Source: an uncultured Verrucomicrobiae bacterium
Lineage (GTDB): Bacteria > Verrucomicrobiota > Verrucomicrobiia > Limisphaerales > JAFGQR01
Direction: 5' to 3'
DNA length: 64,000 nucleotides
Assembly (NCBI GenBank): GCA_963788655.1
Contig: CAWBHS010000110.1
Location: 64,001-128,000 of the forward strand
The notes beneath the pieces were generated by a model. The model saw nothing but the letters and a program-made list of their open reading frames with translations. It did not search any database and was not told the DNA's origin. The position numbers and the translations under genes are program-made. Below are positions 11,212-21,433 of this stretch, in pieces (positions within the stretch are counted from its first letter, which is position 1; the number at the start of each line of letters is the position of its first letter).

Positions 11212-12507
11212 CTAATCGGCGGGTGGCCGGAATGGCAGGAACTGCACTTTGCGAATGAAGCCGTTGTCGTTCTCGGTGATGATCAGGTTGCCCTCGTAGT
11301 CCATGGTCACGGCCCGGCATTCGCTGACTCGCGCTTCGAGCGGACTGTAAAACCAGGTGCCGTCGCCGGCCGGATAGCCGCTCCGCTGTCCGTTCAAGAA
11401 CAAGTGAATGTATCCTGCGGTATCGACATACCAAACCTGGCTGCCGCGATGGGTGCAGAGGAAATACGCCCCGGTCGGCAGGAACCACACGCCGCGCACT
11501 TCGTTCAGGCCAGTGGCCAGCGCCGGGTACCCGTCACCGCCGCCATACGTCAGGCCATTGCCGGCGATGGCTGTTTTGTTGCCTTCGTCATCCAGGCGAT
11601 AGACAAAGTGCCCATTGGGATTGGCCTTGCTCCGATCCGTCACCACGAGATGTCCCCAGGGATCCATCACCAGGTTGCCCAGCTCGGTGTAACCGGTGGA
11701 AAAGTCCGTGACGCCCTCGCCCTTGACCCATCTCTTGACGACGGTCAGGGACGAAACGTAGGCCACGGTTTCGTCTTCGTTCACCCAGAGGCCGCGGCCC
11801 CCTAAGAGCCCGCCTGGGACAGCGAACAACGTGTGGATCATGCCGTTGGTATCGAGCCGGCGGATCTTCCCATTGCCTAGATCGAGTATATAAACGAGGC
11901 CGTCGCCTTTTACCCAAAGGCCATTGGGCCAATACAAGGCACATTGCGTTCCGTTCGTCTCATAGTCCGGCCCATCCGCTGGCAGGTTGATGCCGGCCAC
12001 GGTGACAATCGTACCGTCGGGGCGGACTTTGCGAACGCCGTGCGCGTCTTTGTCGGCGATGTAAAGATTGCCCGCGCGATCGGCCATCGCGATGTGAGGA
12101 CTCGAGAGCCAGGCGTTGGTGGCGGGACCGCCTTCAAATTCGGACCGCCAATTGATTTGTTCCTGCGGAGCGCCCGCGCCGGCAATGGTTGTGAGCAGAC
12201 CGTAGGCGTGGGTGAGATTGGTGAAACCGGCCTGGCCATCCGCAAGATCCAGGGCATACGCGCGGTAGAACCCCACGGCGCCAGCCACCGACAGGCTGAC
12301 GGACGCCACCGTCGAAGTGGTAAAGATGTTTCGAACCGGCTGGAAGGTGCCGGTGACCGACTCCGCCCGTTCCACGACGCAAACCCCGTTGGTGAACACA
12401 TTGGTCAGCGCCGACGTGCCGGAAGAGGCGAGTTCGGTGAATTGCAATTGCGCCGACAAGCTGCCGGCCCAGAACGTTAATCCCAAAAGACAACAGACAA
12501 ATTTCAT
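11212..12507 (-). CDS. Secreted NHL-repeat beta-propeller protein
   Basis: Signal peptide; NHL repeats (DRAGNLYIADKDAHGVRKVRPDGTIVTVAG; DYEGNLIITENDNGFIRKV). Confidence 0.85.
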   Translation of the reverse strand: MKFVCCLLGLTFWAGSLSAQLQFTELASSGTSALTNVFTNGVCVVERAESVTGTFQPVRNIFTTSTVASVSLSVAGAVGFYRAYALDLADGQAGFTNLTHAYGLLTTIAGAGAPQEQINWRSEFEGGPATNAWLSSPHIAMADRAGNLYIADKDAHGVRKVRPDGTIVTVAGINLPADGPDYETNGTQCALYWPNGLWVKGDGLVYILDLGNGKIRRLDTNGMIHTLFAVPGGLLGGRGLWVNEDETVAYVSSLTVVKRWVKGEGVTDFSTGYTELGNLVMDPWGHLVVTDRSKANPNGHFVYRLDDEGNKTAIAGNGLTYGGGDGYPALATGLNEVRGVWFLPTGAYFLCTHRGSQVWYVDTAGYIHLFLNGQRSGYPAGDGTWFYSPLEARVSECRAVTMDYEGNLIITENDNGFIRKVQFLPFRPPAD

Positions 12508-12950
12508 AGGCTGCTTGGTTATGATTGTTACACATACGCGACGAATTATCCATTCACGTACTCAGGGAGTTTTCTGGAAGTGTTACCGGCGACTGATCGA
12601 GAATCCGATCCTCGAGATCCAATAACTCCTTCGAACGGACCGCAGAATATGCGAAAGCACCGAGCCAGAAACTGCGGTGGCCTGCATGCCGAGGGTCACC
12701 GAATGGTGATTGGCAAACGAGTGGCCCCGGTAGTCGCTGTACTTTTGTTTTCGCGTGGTTCACGTTGAACTCACCGGAGTAGCATCGGATAAGCAATCTG
12801 TCCGGCAGACTCTTGCGCGACTGCCAATCGAATCCGGATCGGCTTTCGGGCTTCGGACATTCAACCCTCCCCTCTCTGTCGTTTCTCCTGCCAGCGTCCT
12901 TTTAGGTTTCCAGTTGGCAACGTTTTTGGTTCAATCCCCGGCAAACACCT

Positions 12951-14036
12951 ATGAGCAAAACCAAAGTCGCCTTGCTGGGAGCCGGCTTCATTGCCGACAT
13001 TCACGTTGAATCATATCACCGTTTCGTGCCCGATGCCGAAGTCGTGGCGGTCTATACCCGCGATCCAAAGAAGGCCGAAGCGTTTGCCCAAAAGCATCAT
13101 ATTCCCCAATGGTTCAGCGATCTGGACCAGGCCATCACCGAGTCTGGATGCGAGGTGGTGGACATCGGCATTCCGAATTTCCTGCACCATCGCGCCGTCC
13201 TGGCTGCCGCGCGGGCCGGCAAGCACGTCATCATCGAAAAACCGCTGGCGTTGAACCTTGAGGAGGCTGACGAAATGATCACCGCCTGCCAGACCGCGAA
13301 CTGCAAGCTCATGTATGCCGAGGAACTGTGCTTTGCCCCGAAATACGAGAGGGTTCGAAAACTGGTGAACGAAGGCGCAGTCGGCACCCTTTTTCAAATG
13401 CGCCAGTGCGAGAAACATTCCGGGCCGCACAGCGACTGGTTTTACGACATCAACCAATCGGGCGGCGGCGCGATGATGGACATGGGCTGCCACGGACTCG
13501 CGTGGTTTCGCTGGATGTTGGGTGGTCGTCCGAAGGCGGTGTCGGTGTATGCGCACATGCAGCGGAACCTGATCCACAAGGGCCGAACGCAGGCGGAGGA
13601 GAACTCGATGGTCACCGTGGAATTCGAAGGCGGCGCGATTGGCGTGGCGGAGAACAGTTGGGCCAAGCACGGCGGCATGGACGACCGCGTGGAAGTCTAT
13701 GGCACTGGAGGTGTGATTTACGCCGACTTGTTCGTGGGCAATTCGGCACTGACCTACAGCGAAGCCGGTTACGGGTATGCCATGGAAAAGGCCGGCTCGA
13801 CCAAAGGCTGGAGCTTCACCATCTTTGAGGAGGCCTTCAACCAGGGTTACCCGCAAGAACTAAAACACTTCATCGAGTGCGTTCGCACTGGCCAGGAACC
13901 AGTAGTGACCGGCGAAGATGGCCGTGCCGTGCTCGAAATGATGATGGCGGCTTACCAATCAGCCCGCACCGGCCAACGGGTGCCGTTGCCCTTTGCCGCC
14001 AAAGTGAAGAAGCCGGTGGATTTGTGGATTGGTTAA
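12951..14036 (+). CDS. Gfo/Idh/MocA family oxidoreductase
   Basis: GAGFIA, AGKHVIIEKP and GGGAMMDMGCH motifs. Confidence 0.92.
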   Translation: MSKTKVALLGAGFIADIHVESYHRFVPDAEVVAVYTRDPKKAEAFAQKHHIPQWFSDLDQAITESGCEVVDIGIPNFLHHRAVLAAARAGKHVIIEKPLALNLEEADEMITACQTANCKLMYAEELCFAPKYERVRKLVNEGAVGTLFQMRQCEKHSGPHSDWFYDINQSGGGAMMDMGCHGLAWFRWMLGGRPKAVSVYAHMQRNLIHKGRTQAEENSMVTVEFEGGAIGVAENSWAKHGGMDDRVEVYGTGGVIYADLFVGNSALTYSEAGYGYAMEKAGSTKGWSFTIFEEAFNQGYPQELKHFIECVRTGQEPVVTGEDGRAVLEMMMAAYQSARTGQRVPLPFAAKVKKPVDLWIG

Positions 14037-14048
14037 TCACCGTACAAC

Positions 14049-14766
14049 ATGCACTTGTTCAAATTTGACTCCGAAGCGGCGTGGGCCGAAACCATCGCCG
14101 GCTTGTGGTGCGATCGACTGCGCGCCAACCCGCAATTACGCCTGTGCCTGCCCGCCGGCAATACCCCGAAGCCCATCTATGCCAGAGCTGGTTCGGGCCG
14201 TCGCAGCGGGACATGTCTCATTCCGGCAGGCGGAACTATTCGCACTCGATGAATATGGCGGCTTGGCGGCTGACGATCCCGGCGGTTGCGCCAACACGCT
14301 GCGGCGCCTGCTCATTGACCAGATTGGTGTGCCGGCCGAACGGTTTCATTATCTCGACCCGTGCGCGTCGGACTTGGAACGGGTTTGCCGCGAATACGAC
14401 GCGGCGATCGGGCGCGGTTTTGATCTGACGTTGCTGGGCCTCGGGCTGAATGGTCACTTGGGTTTGAACGAGCCGGGCACGCCTCCCGACGCCACCACCC
14501 ATCGAGTGCAAATGCACCCCGCGAGCATTCAGGCTTCGGGCAGTTATGTGCAAGGGGCAACCCTGCCGTCATGGGGCGCCACGGTGGGCTTGCAACACTT
14601 GCTGAGGTCGAAAGAAGTCTGGCTCCTCGCCAACGGTTCGGCGAAAGCCGAGATCGTGCGGCGCACGCTGCAAGGACCCGCCACCGCGGGGGTTCCGTCT
14701 TCGCTGCTGCAAAGTCATCCTCGTTGTTTCTTGATGGTGGATGCCGCTGCGGGAGCGCTGGCGTGA
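14049..14766 (+). CDS. nagB: Glucosamine-6-phosphate deaminase-like protein, frameshift near 14180
   Basis: LPAGNTP (ORF 14049), then LDEYGGL and LGLGLNGHLGLNEPG...VPSSLLQSHP (ORF 14029). Confidence 0.75.
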
Positions 14767-14956
14767 CTGCGATGGCGCCCCCACCCGGAGTTGCACCGAG
14801 CTGAAATGCACTTCCGTTTCGGCACTCCGCGCAACGAAGGAGGGAGTATTTCCGTGCGGGGCGCAATGGGCTCATCGTGCTGCGAAAAAATCGCGTTTCA
14901 CCCACCAAAAAGCTGTCCTTGGGTGACGGCAACCGATACACTCCACCCATCGCTTT

Positions 14957-16372
14957 ATGAAAACACAATTAAATCGTCGTTCGTTCCTCCAAACCGCGGC
15001 GCTGGCCGCTGGGGCGCTCTCCACCGCTCCTTTCAACATTCTTCACGCTGCCAATGCCGGCTTGAAACTCAACTGCGTGGTCATCGGCTGCGGCGGCCGG
15101 GGCCTCAACAACCACGTGGGACCCGCCCTGACGCAAAACCTGGTCGCCATCGTGGACCCGGACGAGAACCGGCAGGCCATGGTCCGGAAGAAAGTGGCGT
15201 CCGGCAAGAAGGGCAGCGCCCAATTGCAGGTGTTTACCGACTACCGGAAAATGTTCGACAAAATTGCCCGGCAAATTGACGTCGTGTTCGTCGCCACGCC
15301 CAACCATCACCATGCGCTGGCGGCGATGCTGGCCATGCAACACGGCAAAAACGTCTATTGCGAAAAGCCGGTCTGTCATGACATCGGCGAGGCGCGTCAA
15401 CTGCGCGCAATGGCGGCGAAGACCAAGGTGGCCACCCAGATGGGCAACCAGGGCCATTGCATGGAGCCTTACCGTCGCCTCTGCGAATATATATGGGGCG
15501 GCACCATCGGGAACGTCACCGCAACGTACAGTTGGACCGACCGTGCCAACGGCGGTGAAGGACCGCGGCCGCCCACAAAACCCGTGCCCGCCGGTCTGCA
15601 CTGGGACGAATGGATCGGCCCGGCTCCGTATCGCGATTTCCACGACGACCTGCACCCGCACGAGTGGCACGGTTGGTATGACTTCGGCAACGGTTCCATT
15701 GGCAACATGGGTTGCCATGTGCTCGACGGCGTCTTCTGGGCGTTGAAAGTCGAGCATCCCACCAGCGTCGAGGTCGAGCAGATGCGCGGCGGCAGCGACG
15801 AGCGCTATCCGCTGGGCAGCCGCATTCGCTGGGACATTCCCGCCCGTGGCGATATGCCGCCGGTCAAGTCCTACTGGTACGAAGGACTCAATCCCACGAC
15901 CACCGATAAGGCTTCCGGCGGTTTGCACGCGGCCAAAGGCAAAGCCCGGTACCTGCCGCCACTGTTCGTCGAAATGTGCGCCAAATATCCCGACGAAGAA
16001 CTCGACAGCCGGGACAGCGGCACGCTCTACGAGGGTGACAAAGGCATCATCTACACGGGCACCTACGGCGATCGCATGCACATTCTGCCGATGGAAAAAA
16101 TGAAGGCCACGCCCCGGCCGCCCCAGGTGTTGCCCCGCACCAAGGACATTTTCACCGACTTCCTCGAGGCCTGTCTGGCGGGCAAGACCGAAACGGCGGC
16201 GAGCTTCGACTACGGCACGCGGCTGACTGAATTCACGTTGCTCGGCAACCTGGCCCAACGCGCCGGCGCCGGCAAGCAACTGGAGTGGGACGGCCCGAAT
16301 ATGAAGGTCACCAATCACGCCGCGATGAACGCCTTTGTGCAGCGCGAAAATCGCGCGGGCTGGAAGAGCTAA
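14957..16372 (+). CDS. Tat-exported Gfo/Idh/MocA oxidoreductase
   Basis: NRRSFL twin-arginine signal; IGCGGRG, VYCEKP, WDEWIGPAP and GNMGCH motifs. Confidence 0.92.
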   Translation: MKTQLNRRSFLQTAALAAGALSTAPFNILHAANAGLKLNCVVIGCGGRGLNNHVGPALTQNLVAIVDPDENRQAMVRKKVASGKKGSAQLQVFTDYRKMFDKIARQIDVVFVATPNHHHALAAMLAMQHGKNVYCEKPVCHDIGEARQLRAMAAKTKVATQMGNQGHCMEPYRRLCEYIWGGTIGNVTATYSWTDRANGGEGPRPPTKPVPAGLHWDEWIGPAPYRDFHDDLHPHEWHGWYDFGNGSIGNMGCHVLDGVFWALKVEHPTSVEVEQMRGGSDERYPLGSRIRWDIPARGDMPPVKSYWYEGLNPTTTDKASGGLHAAKGKARYLPPLFVEMCAKYPDEELDSRDSGTLYEGDKGIIYTGTYGDRMHILPMEKMKATPRPPQVLPRTKDIFTDFLEACLAGKTETAASFDYGTRLTEFTLLGNLAQRAGAGKQLEWDGPNMKVTNHAAMNAFVQRENRAGWKS

Positions 16373-16504
16373 GAGCCTGTTTGAACAATGGTAGCAGCCG
16401 ACGTAAGGAGGCTCATTCATGTCGGACGCGTCGCGGTTTTTCGAAGAAAAATGAGCCTCCTCACGTCGGCTGCTACGGGCCGGCTAGAGTTTTAAAACAG
16501 GCTC
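16373..16504. mobile_element. 132-bp MITE-like element with IS5-like ends enclosing a GTAG-REP doublet
   Basis: Terminal IRs GAGCCTGTTT...AAACAGGCTC flanked by TAA/TAG; internal 27-bp IR at 16391-16417 / 16450-16476. Confidence 0.65.
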
Positions 16505-16661
16505 TAGGGGCTTCGACCGGCCCCCATTTCCCGGTGCGGCTGGGAATCCTTTCGCACCGGCAGCACCGGCAGCATCTTGCGGGGGCTACCAGCGGCTGTT
16601 ACTCTCGTTGCGCTATGAAACGCATTGCGCTCGTCAGTTGATGGAGCCGGTAAAGACTTGG

Positions 16662-18729
16662 ATGAAGACGATCACAAAGCTGTTCTCGCGTACGGCCTTG
16701 GCAATCGTGTCCCGCAAGGTGGCGCTGGTGGAGCTCGTCGCCGTGCTGTGCCTGGGCGCAACGGAGCGGATGCAAGCTGCCAGGCTGATTGCCCACTGGA
16801 AGTTCGACGAAGGCTCTGGCACGACCGCGCTAGATTCCTCCAACAGCAGCCACGCCGGCACCATCCTTGGCGCCGGTTTACGTCGCGGGCCAATCGAATA
16901 CCGCTTTGTCCTTCAATGGTGCCAACCAATACGTGTTCGATTCCGACGCCCAATCCGGCGGCGTCACCGGAGCCGGCCTGGATATGGGCACCCGGGATTG
17001 GACCGTCGCCGCCTGGGTCAAGACCACCGCTTCGGGCATGGTCGTAACGAAAATGGGATTTGTCGGCGGGGCCAACCCGGATGGATGGGGCATGAGCATT
17101 TCCCCCAACGGTACGGTCGGAGCGGTCCTCCACAAATCGAGCGTGGGGACGGTGAATATTTTCGCCGGCGACGGCGCGACCGTGAATGATGGGCAGTGGC
17201 ATCACGTTGCCGTGGTCTTTAACCGCAGCGCGAACATGATCCGCTATGTGGATGGAGCGCCCAGTGGCACCCAGAACAGCCTCTCTTTCCTCAGCAGTCA
17301 ATCTCTCGATAACACCAAGCAACTGCGCATCGGAGCGCGTGACCAATCCGGCGACGAAATCTATTTCAGCGGCCTGATTGATGACGTGCGCGTGTATGCC
17401 AGCGTGCTGAGCGTTGAGGAAATCGCCCCGCTCGCTGGAGTCGAACCTCCAAAACCGCCCGTGTGGTCAGCTCCGCTCACGCTCGTATCGGCTTACGGCC
17501 GGTTGGCACTTGGCAATCGCGTTCACGTGGTCGGGCATAGCGGCGGAAACCTGGTGTATCGGTCCTCGCAGGACAACGGCGCCACGGGGAGTGCTGCGTC
17601 CATCGTGGCTTCGGCCGCCGGCAATTACCCGATGCAATACGGTGGACTGTTCGCCGTTGGAGATACGGTTTATCTGCTGACCGCGGCGGGAGATATGGGG
17701 CCATCCAGTCAACCACTGGACTTTCGCAAGTCCACCAACAACGGCGCGACTTGGAGCCAGCCGGTCCGCATCACGCGGGCAGGACAGGAAATCCGCCGCG
17801 CCAACATTGTGGTCCACGGCGATACCGTCCACGTTTTTGGCGGACAATCCGGCGCCGGCGGGTATGGGACCGGAATCTTCTACTTCCGTTCGACGAATGG
17901 CGGAGTGAATTGGGAGCCCGGCGTGCGCTTGTACACGGAAGCTGATGCCAGCGCCCGGATGGCGGTGGATGGAACTACCGTGCATGTCGCTTTCGGCGCG
18001 AAACTCTCCACCAACTCGTTTGGCGGACGGACATTTTACTTGCGCTCCACGAACGACGGCGCCACCTGGAGCGAGCCGGTCTTCATCGGTGAAGCCAGCG
18101 CGGAAAGTGACGTGCAAGCCCGTCAGCAAATTGCCGCGGCCGACGGGCGGGTCATTGTGATGTGGCAGCGGGAACGCCCGTCTGCCGGCGGCCCGTTGCC
18201 AACGGCACGATTGGGATACAACCGCTCCGAGGATGGCGGCGTGACTTGGACGGGACTGAAGCTCCTGCCCGGCGACCAGATCCGGCCCAGCGACACCGGC
18301 GTTATCCGGGACCACCATCAAGTGTGGATGTTACCCGGCGGGGGCCTCCACGTGGCGTGGGCTCATGGACCCCCGGGAGATCCTTCGACGCCGATGGGAT
18401 ACATCTTCTCGCCCGATTACGGCGTGACCTGGAGCGATGCCGAAATTGCCATCGACCCGCCGGGCGACCTGCCTTACGGAATCGTCGCGGACGACAATTG
18501 GGTCCACATCCTGGCGGAGCCCGGCCTCTACGCCCGGAGGCGTGTCCCGCCCGTTTTCCGTTCGGCGCGACGTGCCGGCCAATCGGTTGTTTTGGAGTGG
18601 GTCGGCCAAGGAACGCTGCAACGATCCGACGAAGTCACCGGTCCGTGGGAAGATCTGTTGAATGCGGTCAGTCCGGAAACGGTAACGATTAACGCCCCAA
18701 AACGCTTCTTCCGAATCCTGGCGCAGTAG
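16662..18729 (+). CDS. Secreted LamG-like jelly-roll plus BNR/Asp-box (sialidase-like) protein, frameshift near 16866
   Basis: AHWKFDEGSG, DGQWHHVAVV...YVDG and FSGLIDDVRVY (LamG); repeated S-x-[DN]-x-G-x-[TN]-W Asp boxes; C-terminal ...KRFFRILAQ. Confidence 0.85.
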
Positions 18730-18756
18730 CCTTCCCATCCAAGCACCCGGCGCCAA

Positions 18757-18918
18757 GCCCGATGGGACCGGTTGGCCCATTGAACAGAGCGCTTACAGGC
18801 TGGACGGCGCGCCGCGACCCGGTCGTAAGCGGGGTGAACGCGATCCCGTTGGTCACGTCGTTCATCTGTTGGAAGCCTGACTTCAAGCCCCCGGGCTTCG
18901 ATAGTTGGTCTGCGGGCC
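18757..18918 (+). ncRNA. ssrS: Probable 6S RNA
   Basis: About 160-nt rod: closing stem GCCCG..GGACCGGTT..ATTGAA / TTCGAT.AGTTGGTC..CGGGC, central bubble with a 3' mini-hairpin (AAGCCC.CGGGCTT), inner stem CAGGCT/AGCCTG and GGACGGCG/CGTCGTTC. The G-U pairs favour the + strand. Confidence 0.6.
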
Positions 18919-18937
18919 AGAATCTTTGAAATTGAAG

Positions 18938-18966
18938 TTGTCAATATTAACACTTATTGCTAAATT
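18938..18966 (+). promoter_or_regulatory. Sigma70-type promoter for the DUF4032-like gene
   Basis: TTGTCA-17 nt-TAAATT with an extended TGn motif. Confidence 0.55.
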
Positions 18967-19006
18967 TGTCGTATTCAGAAGATTACGACCGTCGAAACCA
19001 GCAAGT

Positions 19007-19228
19007 ATGGCCACCGATAACAACAACGAGCAGGAAGACGATGATATGCTGAAAAGCTCTTCGCTGTACCGCGAGTTTCAAGCCGAGCGTGAGGAGATTT
19101 TGAGACACAAGTGGCTGGAATCCGAAAAAGCCGGCTACGACATTGGTTTTGAACAAGCATTAACGGATTGGATTGTGAAGCATCGTTCCAAGTGGCGCCG
19201 GAGCCGCCAGTCGCTTCAATCGCATTAA
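19007..19228 (+). CDS. Small DUF4032-like protein
   Basis: SSLYREFQAEREEILRHKWLESEKAGYDIGFEQALTDW, a conserved PVC small-protein motif. Confidence 0.75.
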   Translation: MATDNNNEQEDDDMLKSSSLYREFQAEREEILRHKWLESEKAGYDIGFEQALTDWIVKHRSKWRRSRQSLQSH

Positions 19229-19254
19229 TCAGACCTTTCCCCAATTCTTGAATT

Positions 19255-19355
19255 TCCTTTAAACCGATCCGGCCCGGCCGTCTGGCGAGGCCTGGCAAAA
19301 AAATTGATTTACCGGCACCGATAGGGCGCGTTTACTACGCCCGTTCGGTTTTTTT
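19255..19355 (+). promoter_or_regulatory. PyrR-type transcription attenuator leader
   Basis: CCTTTAA, then CGTCTGGCGAGGCC (11/14 match to ARUCCNGNGAGGYU), then an intrinsic terminator ACCGA..GGGCG/CGCCC..TCGGT-T6 immediately before the pyrR ATG. Confidence 0.6.
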
Positions 19356-19889
19356 ATGCCTGAAGACAACGTCATCCTGAACGAGGCGGCCATCCATCGC
19401 GTGCTCTCGCGCATTGCCCATGAGCTTGCCGAGCGCAACGAAGACAGTCACAACGTGGCGCTGGTCGGCGTGCAAAGCGGCGGGGTCCATCTGGCCGGTC
19501 GGTTGGCCCGGATGCTCGAGCACATCTGGGGACATCCGGTGTTCCTCGGTGAACTCGACGTGGCCATGCATCGCGATGATCTCAATCATAAGGCCGCACC
19601 CAAGGTGTACCCCACCGTCATCCCGTTCGATCTGAACAACAAAACCGTGGTGCTGGTCGATGATGTGTTGTTCCGGGGGCGAACCGTCCGGGCGGCACTG
19701 GACGCGCTCAACGATTTTGGGAGACCCAAACGGGTGCAATTGGCGGTGCTCGTGGACCGCGGACATCGGGAACTCCCCATCAAGGCGGATTTTGTCGGCA
19801 AGAACGTGCCCACCTCGGAACGCGATGAAGTGGACGTGCGTTTGAAAGAAGCCAACGACGAAGACGCGGTTTACCTGAAGCATGACTGA
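19356..19889 (+). CDS. pyrR: Bifunctional pyr operon regulator / uracil phosphoribosyltransferase
   Basis: RIAHELAERN, VVLVDDVLFRGRTVRAALDAL and VLVDRGHRELPIKADFVGK. Confidence 0.95.
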   Translation: MPEDNVILNEAAIHRVLSRIAHELAERNEDSHNVALVGVQSGGVHLAGRLARMLEHIWGHPVFLGELDVAMHRDDLNHKAAPKVYPTVIPFDLNNKTVVLVDDVLFRGRTVRAALDALNDFGRPKRVQLAVLVDRGHRELPIKADFVGKNVPTSERDEVDVRLKEANDEDAVYLKHD

Positions 19890-19920
19890 CGGCATGGCCT
19901 TCCCTGTCCATGAAGCTTGT

Positions 19921-19995
19921 CGTAGCGGCGTTTGGGCCGCGCGCCGCATTCTCTGGTCGTCCCCGAGGGCGGCGCTCGGCCGAGACACCGCTACG
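19921..19995. repeat. GTAG-type REP doublet between pyrR and pyrB
   Basis: CGTAGCGGCGTTTGGGCCGCGCGCCGC ... GCGGCGCTCGGCCGAGACACCGCTACG. Confidence 0.7.
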
Positions 19996-20057
19996 GTTCA
20001 GGAATTTACTGCGCGAATTTTTTCGGGGAATTCTCACCCTAACTCTCGCTGCTTCCC

Positions 20058-20999
20058 ATGACCTGGCATCGCAAACATTTGCTCGACATCGAATCCCTCA
20101 CGCCGGAAGAAATTCTCCTGGTCCTGGACACCGCCCGGGCGTTCAAAGCCGTCGGGGAACGGGCCATCAAGAAAGTGCCGGCGTTGCGCGGCAAGACGGT
20201 CGTCAATCTCTTCATCGAACCATCCACGCGCACCCGCACGAGTTTTGAACTGGCGGCCATCCGGCTCAGCGCGGATGTCATCCATTTCAACGCCGAAGCC
20301 TCCTCGTTCAAAAAAGGGGAAACGCTCAAAGACACGGCGCGGAATCTCGAAGCCCTTAATGCGGACATTTTCATTGTCCGCCACAGCGCCGCGGGCGCGC
20401 CGCATTTCCTGTCGCGCTTTGTGGGCGGCAGCGTCATCAATGCCGGTGACGGCGCGCACGAACATCCAACCCAGGCGCTGTTGGATCTGTTCACGATTCG
20501 CGAGAAGAAAGGGACGATTGCCGGTTTGAACGTCGTCATCCTCGGGGACATTCTGTACAGCCGGGTCGCCCGCTCCAATATCTGGGCCCTGACCAAACTT
20601 GGCGCCCACGTGACCTTGTGCGGGCCGTCCACACTGGTGCCGCGCGTCTTCGAGCAACTGGGGTGCCGGATTACTCATGACGTGGATGAAGCCATTGAAT
20701 CTGCCGACATCATCAACCTCCTGCGCATCCAACACGAGCGGCAGCGCAAGACCATGTTTCCGGGGACCAGCGAATATGCCAACCTGTTCGGGCTCAATCA
20801 AGCCCGGTTGGCCCGCACCAAACCGGAGGTGTTGATCATGCATCCCGGCCCGATCAACCGGGGGGTGGAAATTGACAGTGAGATCGCCGACGGCGGCCGA
20901 TCCGTCATCCTGGAACAGGTCACGAATGGCCTGGCCGTCCGGATGGCAGCGTTGTTTTTGGTCAACGGCGGCCAGGATCCCCAAGCGGTTCCCGAATAG
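20058..20999 (+). CDS. pyrB: Aspartate carbamoyltransferase catalytic subunit
   Basis: [35 protein letters not shown] and [12 protein letters not shown]. Confidence 0.97.
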   Translation: MTWHRKHLLDIESLTPEEILLVLDTARAFKAVGERAIKKVPALRGKTVVNLFIEPSTRTRTSFELAAIRLSADVIHFNAEASSFKKGETLKDTARNLEALNADIFIVRHSAAGAPHFLSRFVGGSVINAGDGAHEHPTQALLDLFTIREKKGTIAGLNVVILGDILYSRVARSNIWALTKLGAHVTLCGPSTLVPRVFEQLGCRITHDVDEAIESADIINLLRIQHERQRKTMFPGTSEYANLFGLNQARLARTKPEVLIMHPGPINRGVEIDSEIADGGRSVILEQVTNGLAVRMAALFLVNGGQDPQAVPE

Positions 21000-21004
21000 C
21001 CGTG

Positions 21005-21178
21005 TAAAAACAAAAACCCGGGTACCTCAGATCAGGGGGTGACCGGATACCCGGGGGAATTTTCGAATTAATACAAACGTAGGATTACGTGGGAATCTCG
21101 ATCCGGGCTTGTATCCAACCCGAGTCGAAAGCTTCATCAGTCAAAGAACAACTTCAAATTCAAAAATCTTCAAGCGAC
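21005..21178 (-). ncRNA. Candidate orphan small RNA (about 170 nt)
   Basis: Promoter TTGACA(21213-21208)-17-CATGTT, structured AT-rich body, terminator CCCGGGTA..TACCCGGG followed by a T-run on the - strand. Confidence 0.45.
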
Positions 21179-21433
21179 GCAGGGAACATGGTCACAATAT
21201 GCAAGCTTGTCAAGCGAGCTGGCCAAAGTATTTGTTGAACTGGTAAACCCGCACCCCCCGCCGGCACCTTGCTGCGGCCGGGATGATGGGGCTGCCGGCA
21301 CCAACCTTCAGGGATGCGCTGGGGGCGAAAAAGACCGGGGATACAGCTTTACAACCCCTTGGCCGGGCGTAAGCTGAGACACCTTTTTCGTCGTGGCGGA
21401 TTGCGTTTCATTGGAAACCAATCGGGGCACGAC

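Noticed and set aside
10257..11805. Long repeat-protein ORFs (333, 505 and 374 aa) across the array
   Set aside because: Open frames on both strands follow from a stop-poor 120-bp unit; two of them also overlap the real NHL gene.
12554..12796. 80-aa minus-strand ORF
   Set aside because: No family resemblance or clear RBS; cannot be supported.
21085..21145. Hammerhead ribozyme (CTGATGA on the minus strand)
   Set aside because: No correctly placed GAAA or stem I/III arrangement was found.
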